The notes under the pieces: generated by a model
Database searches by the model: none
What the model saw: only the letters and a program-made list of their open reading frames with translations
What the model was told of the DNA's origin: nothing
Made by a program: the position numbers and the translations under genes
Assembly: GCA_963693365.1 (NCBI GenBank)
Contig: CAVNZM010000006.1
Coordinates: forward strand, 8,683,355 to 8,747,354
From: Amoebidium appalachense
Taxonomy: Eukaryota; Protista; Ichthyosporea
Length of the DNA: 64,000 nucleotides
Direction of reading: 5' to 3'
Shown: piece by piece, positions 56,932 to 64,000 of the stretch
Layout: every line of letters begins with the position of its first letter
Numbering within the stretch: position 1 is the first letter of the stretch

Positions 56932-57739
56932 GCAAACGGGGGCCGGGCGCGCCTCCCCCCAGTCCTCCAAAAACAAAACTGTTTTACTGTCCCCCCCGTG
57001 TTATCGGTTTCCAACTCAAGAATCCCTCAGATAAACATGGACGTATTTGAACTGCCGCACAGTTGCTCAACAGTATTCTAATAGCAATTTACACGCGACG
57101 CCGGACCCTGTATCACTAGTTATATACACCTAATATGTACACCGCGCTCAACCTTAGTGCCATGGTTTCAGCATGATAACACGTACAATTACATGCACGT
57201 ATCTATTGTTTTTGCGTGCTTTGGTGTACACCGGGTGCTTTTTTTTTGCTCCTGTTTATATAAATCACGTGCATGGAGGTCAGCCAACCAGTTGTCTTCG
57301 GCGTGCCTGCAATAAGAGTCAATTATTAGAACAATAAAGCTCTTGGAATCAATGTGTGGGTGTGGGTGATTTTGCGTGCCTTTTGGCCATGGTGGGCACG
57401 GGTGAGGGGGGCCCCGGAAGGGGGAGGGGGGAGGGGGGAGGGGGGGGGAGGTGAAAAAAGGTTAAGACGTGGCGTGGCAACAAGAGGAGGGGGGGGGGGG
57501 GGGGGGGGGGAGGGGGATGGGGGGGGGGATATACAGGTAGGAGGGTGATCCGAATGGAGGCTGGCTGGGGGACAGGTGAGGGATTCCAACTCATCTACAG
57601 AGGAGCTCGATGGGAAAGCGGTATGACACTTCAGGCTAAGTTTGTGCAATTTGTTAGGCTGGCAAGCACATGCGGGTGCTTGCAAGCTTTTAAGCTTGAG
57701 CTGGCCGATGGGCTTTTCTACTTTTTGGGGGAGCGTGGC

Positions 57740-57778
<39 letters not shown>

Positions 57779-58032
57779 AGGCCGCCAACATTACGTAGTG
57801 AGTTCTCGAGGCACTTGGTCTGTGAAAGTCATAGTATTGTGTGCATGCACATGGTGCCAAATACCTCTTTTGTGATGTAAATCCAGAGGTCCTCCCGTTC
57901 CCTCCTCCACACCACCACCACCACCGTGCGCGCCGCGCCCACACACATACGCACACGCACCATAGCTATGACACACACACACACCAAAAAAAAAAAAGAA
58001 AGAAAGAAAGAAAAAAGAACACACACACTAAG

Positions 58033-58083
<51 letters not shown>

Positions 58084-58739
58084 AAAAAAAAAAAAAAACC
58101 TCAGCGTTTGTGTGTGCACACCAGCCTCATGCGATACTGTGATCATGACAGACCCGGCCATGCTGTAGCCATTGTTTGTTGTGGATTTGCGATCTGTCCG
58201 CGGCAGTGTATTTCTTTCAGCCCGTGTCCTGGATTCAATATGCATATGCACACACATACAGGCACGTCACGAATATATACACTGCAAAAGTTTTGGCTTT
58301 ACACCGTTTGAATTTCTCATTGCAAACGCGGCCGTATTTGCATAATAACAGGTGTCACATGAACAAATTAATGCTAAATCGTTAAAGCCCAAAAACTGCC
58401 TCTGTACTGTGAGTCTTCTAAAAGTTCTAGTGTTATATAGTACTTCTTCGGAAAATGGATACATTTAAAATGTAAATTATAAATGTCAGTTCCAAGAAAC
58501 TGCTGCCTGCTGCTATACTACAGAAGATAGAAAATGCGTTAGTGAAACTGGATAGCCGTCCCAAGTACAGTAGTTCAAACGAATGCTCAAGGGAAAAAGC
58601 TATTCTTTTTTTTTTTTTTTTTTTTTGTGGGGGGGGGGGGGGGGGGGGGGGGGGGGAGGGAGGGGAGGGGGGATGGGGGGAACCAAAAAACAAAGGAGCA
58701 CCAAAAATCTGTGTGAACAGACCCTGTCACATGACCATT

Positions 58740-60618
58740 CTAAATCGAGGGCATATCATGGGCCTTTCCCTTTTCCACGTGCGTGCAATTTGGCTCGCTG
58801 CAGTATGCACACCCCGATGCAAACACATTGACCGGCTCAGCTAGCAAACGTGCTTTTCCGGCGGAAAGCCTAAGTCTCTGCCCCTGTTGCCTCCTACGGA
58901 GCCAAATCGCACCCACAATCAAACACACCAACCCTAGCAGCCCAAACACCACCACCTCAAGAACAATGCTTACAGTCTTTTTCTTATCACCTCCATCCTC
59001 CTCCTCTTCTGTCGACGAAATCTCCCCCACCACTGCATTCTTGTCAACCACTTCCGTCGCCGGAGCAGCCGCAAGTGACGTCTCAGCAGCCATTGGTGTT
59101 TCCATAGCAACCGTGGTAGTCGGGGCAGCTGATTGGACTGCACCGTTATCCATCTCGTCCTGCTCACCCCCCATCACCACTAGCGGCCTATCCACACTGG
59201 GTGCGGTTTCTGCTGGTTTGGCCGGTTCTTCCCCAGCCCCCTCACCCATGGGTGTCTTTGGCTCGGCTGCCAGTTTGGTGTAGTGGCAGTCATCGTGACT
59301 GATTTTCACGGGGGCTGTACCGAAAAATCCGAAATCGGACACCGCTGCTTCCACCTCCCTTCCGTATTTTTCATCGAAGGTGCGCGGATCCCGAGCCAAA
59401 ACAAACAGTGCGTGACGCATAGGGCCCGTGATGAGTGCATACTGGTATTGGCCATTTTCTATTGGGCCAGCACCCACCACCCATTGCGCTACCCCCATGC
59501 ACCAGAGGCTGGTTCCGTACAGAACTCGCATTTTGCCGGGCGAAACACTTGTAACTGCGCCCGCAACTTCGTCTCGCTCCAGCTCCCCCTGCTCATTCTC
59601 TGATTCTTTGGTCGTGGTGAGGGTGATGCCCCCCTTTGCATTCCGCAGGTAGTCTAGGGTGACACACTTGCCGTCGCCTTCGAACGAGAGCTGCAGGAAG
59701 GGGCTGGTGTACATCTGTGGGTGGAGGAGTGTGTGTAAGTGGATGGTATTGCACAGGGTTGAGGATTTATGGCGGATGTTTGTGTGTGTGTGAGTGCGAC
59801 AAGGGAGGGGGGGGGGGGAGAGGGGGTGGCAGGGGGGGGGGGGGAAGAAGGGGGAGGAGGGGGCACAACTGCTCTGCATGCATGGGGTCTGTCAAGGGTC
59901 GGTGCCCATGTCCACAAAACACGGTAATCCTATACAAGAGCCGCATAGCGCGTGCCCAGTGTTTGTGTGTGTGTTTGTGTGTGTGTGTGTATGTGCAAGT
60001 GCACACATGTGTGAGCCGCGGCATAGGATATGGTCAACTAGATTAATATTTGGTTATACATGCACAAACAAATTTGGTCCTCTGTGCTCCACCCCACCCT
60101 TCCCCTCCACCTGCTCCCGCACCCTCCCTCCCCGCCCTCGGGCTCCATCATTTCCCACTTTTTACTCCGACCCCTTCCTTTCACCACCCAATAGCACCAT
60201 CCAAGCACCCAACCAGCACACCCCATGCACACACCTGATACCAGCGGCCCATGAAAGCATCCTGCTTGAAGTCCTGCACGGTGGCTGGAAGTGTGTTGCG
60301 CATGTGGATGCGCGGCATGGCCTTTTGCATCTCGGCCATCATGGAGGCCATACGGTCGGCATTGATGTCTTGGGCCTCCCCCAGCCTCTTCTCCATCTCG
60401 CACACTTTCTGCTTCAGAGCATCCCGGTCTGATGGGTTCATGGCTGAGATTAGCGTGGCAACACCGTCGCCGTTTTCAACATCGTCCGGACCTGTACGAG
60501 TAGAGTTAGTCCTTAGTCACCATACAGCCCACAATGGTTGAACGGCCATCCAGCAGAATAGGGGCAAGGTGAGATGTGAGTGACGTGTGTGTGTGAGTGA
60601 CGTGTGTGTGTGAGTGAC

Positions 60619-60693
<75 letters not shown>

Positions 60694-61054
60694 GATGCAT
60701 GCAGGTGCGTGTTTGGGAGGGGAAGTGGGAAATATGACAGAAAGTATACAAAAGAACACGAACACAAACGAATACTTGAGACAGGTGGGACTCGGAGGGG
60801 CAGGGGGACTCGGTGGGCTACAGAAGGTAGTCGTGACGGGTGGAGGGGCATGGCATAGTACTCCTACCGATTCACATAGTGAAAACAGGTGTTTCCCACT
60901 TTTAGCCGTTAAAAAGAAAACACATGTGCCCATTTCAACATAAAAACACGGAAGGTGAATGTTTTGGAAAACTCCATCGTATAAACACAGCCAGCAGGCT
61001 CATTCCGTCACCGTGTTTGTGTGTGCAAGTGTTTTGTGCGTGTGTGTGCATGTC

Positions 61055-61120
<66 letters not shown>

Positions 61121-61121
61121 G

Positions 61122-61165
<44 letters not shown>

Positions 61166-62929
61166 CACAGTGTGTGTGCATGTGTGCACACCATGTCAGA
61201 CGCTATTTTAACTTCATAAATACGCCTGTTCTTGCATTTTGTATGCAGCAAGAGATTTCACCGTGACACGGTGTGGGTACATAAACGTGCACACACATAC
61301 ACTTGATGTGTGGATGGGACAGGAGAGACGTATAGAACAAATGCGCAAGTCTGCAAGGTTGCTTTGTATCTTAGAACCTGTTCTTTTCCGGATGCCGCCG
61401 ATGCATCAGCTTGCATGGCCAACCTGCAATTACTTTGCGAATACAGGGAAAGAACTTCTCTTTGCACGCTTTATGACTGAGCTCGCTAGTTTGTCAAGCA
61501 GTGCAATGCAGGTGTGTGTACACGTGCGTGCATATCATGCTAGAGATTGTGTGCCAGTTTCTCACTTTGCCCACACTCATTTCATGTGCTGTTGTGCCTT
61601 CCATAATGTTGAAAATCCTACCTTCATCAACCGCAGCCAAGGGGGGTTCGCAATGACCACCGGTGGCTGTCCATTAACACTGACAGCCATTACACTTTGC
61701 CCCTGACCTGGTGGACTAGGGCCCATATCATTGTCAGACATAAACCCCGGGTTGGGTGGCATAGGCGCCATAGGTGGGGGCAGGATAACGGGGCCATCCG
61801 TGTCAAACCCGTCATGCTCAGCGGCATCGTCCGAGGGAATATCATCGTCTGTATCACGCAGCAAGGGAGGTATCGGGGGAACAAAGCCAGCAAGACCGGA
61901 GTTATCCAAGAATTTATTGACGGTTGCCTTCATATGCTCCATCTTATCGCGGAGAATCTGCTTGTCAAAACTGAAAATGCGAGGGGTGGGGGCTTCACCT
62001 TCGCCCTCAATTTGCACCCCTCTGCCCTCCGGAAGGAACCCATCAGAGCTGCTGCCGTCGGAGCTTGGCCCTGCTGGAGGGGCAGCTTGAGCGTTGTCCA
62101 GGTTAATATCCAACTCGTCGTTGTCGGCATCCTGCATAGCAAGTGTTGGTATGTCTGAAGGCGTGTCATCAGCAGGAAACGACCGGCCATTCGGTTGAAA
62201 GTCCAGTGGGGCTGCCTGAGTATAGCGATTGTGTTAAGAAGAGGGTTAGACCGCCTGAAGTACTAACCAAAAGCTGTGAGATTGCAACGGTTTCCTATGT
62301 ATAGGGGCCCCGGCTCACAAACTAGTACGACATTATGGGTCTAGGGGCTGCTGAACAGCGAAGCAGCGCTCCATGATGCATTGGGAGCTTTGGGGAGTTG
62401 CAGGAAGTAAAGGGAAAGGAAAGTAAGGTAGCACAACGGAATTGTCTTGCCCCCCCAGCCACCCTGGATATGCTTTATCGTCGTGCGAAAACCCATCCCC
62501 CCCCCCCCCCCCCCCCCCCAACCCCCCCGGGTCAACCCCTCGCTCTCTCGCCCTCCCCGGTGCCCCACCACCACATATTTAGATAGTCTAGCGAAGAACA
62601 CGAAGTTCAAACCACAACACCCTTCTAAGACAACGAAAACTTAAAGAAGTAAGAATTACATGATAGAATTGGGAAATTGAGGTGAAGGCGGAGGAGAGAA
62701 GGTCTAGCAATTGCGTAGGCAGCAATGCACCAGTACTATTCGTGTCCTATTTCAACAGCCAGGGGTTTGGAGAGGCCAGGGGAGCAAGCACCTCGTTCAT
62801 GTCCACCACGGGCTGAGCATTTGTGTCATCGCCGACAAAGTCGAGTGCAGAGAAGTCGTCCACAGGCACGGCGGTAGCGGCTTGGCATGCCGCTATGGCG
62901 GCTGCTAGAACTAGCACCCTGTGCTGCAT
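58740..62929 (-). CDS. Type-I membrane protein with a lipocalin (ApoD/Blc-like) domain (~625 aa)
   Basis: Exons 62929..62792, 62215..61708 (donor uncertain), 60491..60235, 59714..58740. Signal peptide MQHRVLVLAAAIAACQAA, an acidic Pro-rich region, lipocalin SCR1 DFKQDAFMGRWYQMY, YQYALIT, SCR3 LFVLARDP, an A/T/E/P-rich stalk, and TM IVLEVVVFGLLGLVCLIVGAIWL followed by RRR. Confidence 0.85.
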
Positions 62930-64000
62930 TCTGACCTGGAGTGTTTGCGTGTTTGGGCGGATACTATGGTGTAGGGTACTGGTGTTGTGTAGCACAAATG
63001 ACTAATATATATACTCATTCGAGGAAGTATACAGGTTGCTGGGGGAACATTAGATTGGGTATTTGTGCAAAAGATTTCTGCTACTCGCTTCCTGCAATGA
63101 AACATAGAAAAGTATCTACAAGAGAGGAGAGCATTAGGAGTCTCTTCGGGTTGAGCTGTGCCGTCTGAGACTGAGACTCGCTGGCGAAACGGGAGTCGTG
63201 TTTTGCCACTTTCGGGGCTCAGTACCCTGGCATTTTAACGGTTACACTAAGAAATGATCTAAATAATCATTAAAATATAAACGCTTCTTTAGAGGTGTTA
63301 AATGTTTTGTTGGCCAATCACAAAGTACAACTATATTGCATGCAGAATATCAGGAAGGCAGCTTAGCCAGTTTTTTATCCATCTGGTATTTTTGGCGAGG
63401 CCCTTGCATTGGTTACAAACGCATCTTCGACAATCTTCAATATTCCATTGAGGGGGCGCTTCACATGCATGTAGAATATTCAGGTTCTCCGCTTTGCGAA
63501 GCCAAGACATGAAAAGCCAGTGCAGAAAGAAGGCTGCACAATAAACTAAACATGAAAGAACTAAAAATGTCTATTAACTATTATGCGTCTCATTTCTGGC
63601 AATGGCGTTAGGTAGCATTGTTACAAGCTGTATTATAAATTATTTTGATTGAGTTCGCACAAGACTCGTAACGCAAATGCTGACCCAAAAGTAGAAGTTG
63701 TAGGAGATTCCCGGTTCGGGGAATCGGGCCTGTGTGGCACGCTGTGCCGGGCACATGTGCGAGACCGTGGCGCATTTCGTGCCGCAGCTAGCGTGCGAGC
63801 TTGACATACGTATACATTCACGGACAGGCTCTCACGGACCCAAAGAACCGGGCAAACAAGAGGATAGCCAACACCCCCCTTCAAGATTACAGTGTTGGTA
63901 AGGTTTATGTACCCTATAGTAGCCTTCCTTACATTGCAGTATGAATATGGAAGAAAGTAAGACATGAAATTTACGAAATAAGACGTTTCTCTGTCCCTAC

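Noticed and set aside
55547-57880. Possible plus-strand gene divergent from USB1 (ORFs at 55547 and 57545)
   Set aside because: The ORFs run into homopolymers, and there is no coherent splice chain or recognisable domain.
58783-59603. Plus-strand ORFs of 166 and 106 aa
   Set aside because: Antisense shadows of the lipocalin exon.

Overview
Intron-rich eukaryotic DNA, probably from a unicellular holozoan such as an ichthyosporean. This is inferred from the uL1 sequence, which mixes the animal-like KFPSLLSH with the non-animal [16 protein letters not shown]. Introns are packed with (CA)n/(TG)n, poly-C/G and poly-A/T tracts, so most ORFs in the supplied track are microsatellite artefacts. I rebuilt nine protein-coding genes by hand using GT-AG splicing with phase checks. 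In order: the 3' part of an NADPH oxidase with a four-helix hydrophobic insert in its NADPH-binding domain; two head-to-head claudin/PMP22/LHFP-like tetraspan genes; a clade-D beta-carbonic anhydrase with an intronless CDS; an 11-exon protein of unknown function; ribosomal protein uL1 (RPL10A); a 14-exon putative SAM methyltransferase; USB1; and a type-I membrane lipocalin. The most striking unexplained structure is at intron 3' ends. A dispersed repeat family, always sense to its host gene, ends in a branch-point-like motif plus poly-C just before acceptors. Two separate minisatellites are tandem arrays of a CTGAC branch point that end 14 nt from an acceptor. Many acceptors use (CA)n in place of a U-rich tract. 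Also present are a 31-bp TIR-only insertion with an 8-bp TSD and a duplication that creates a candidate 21-nt microexon. All models are unverified by RNA data or database searches.
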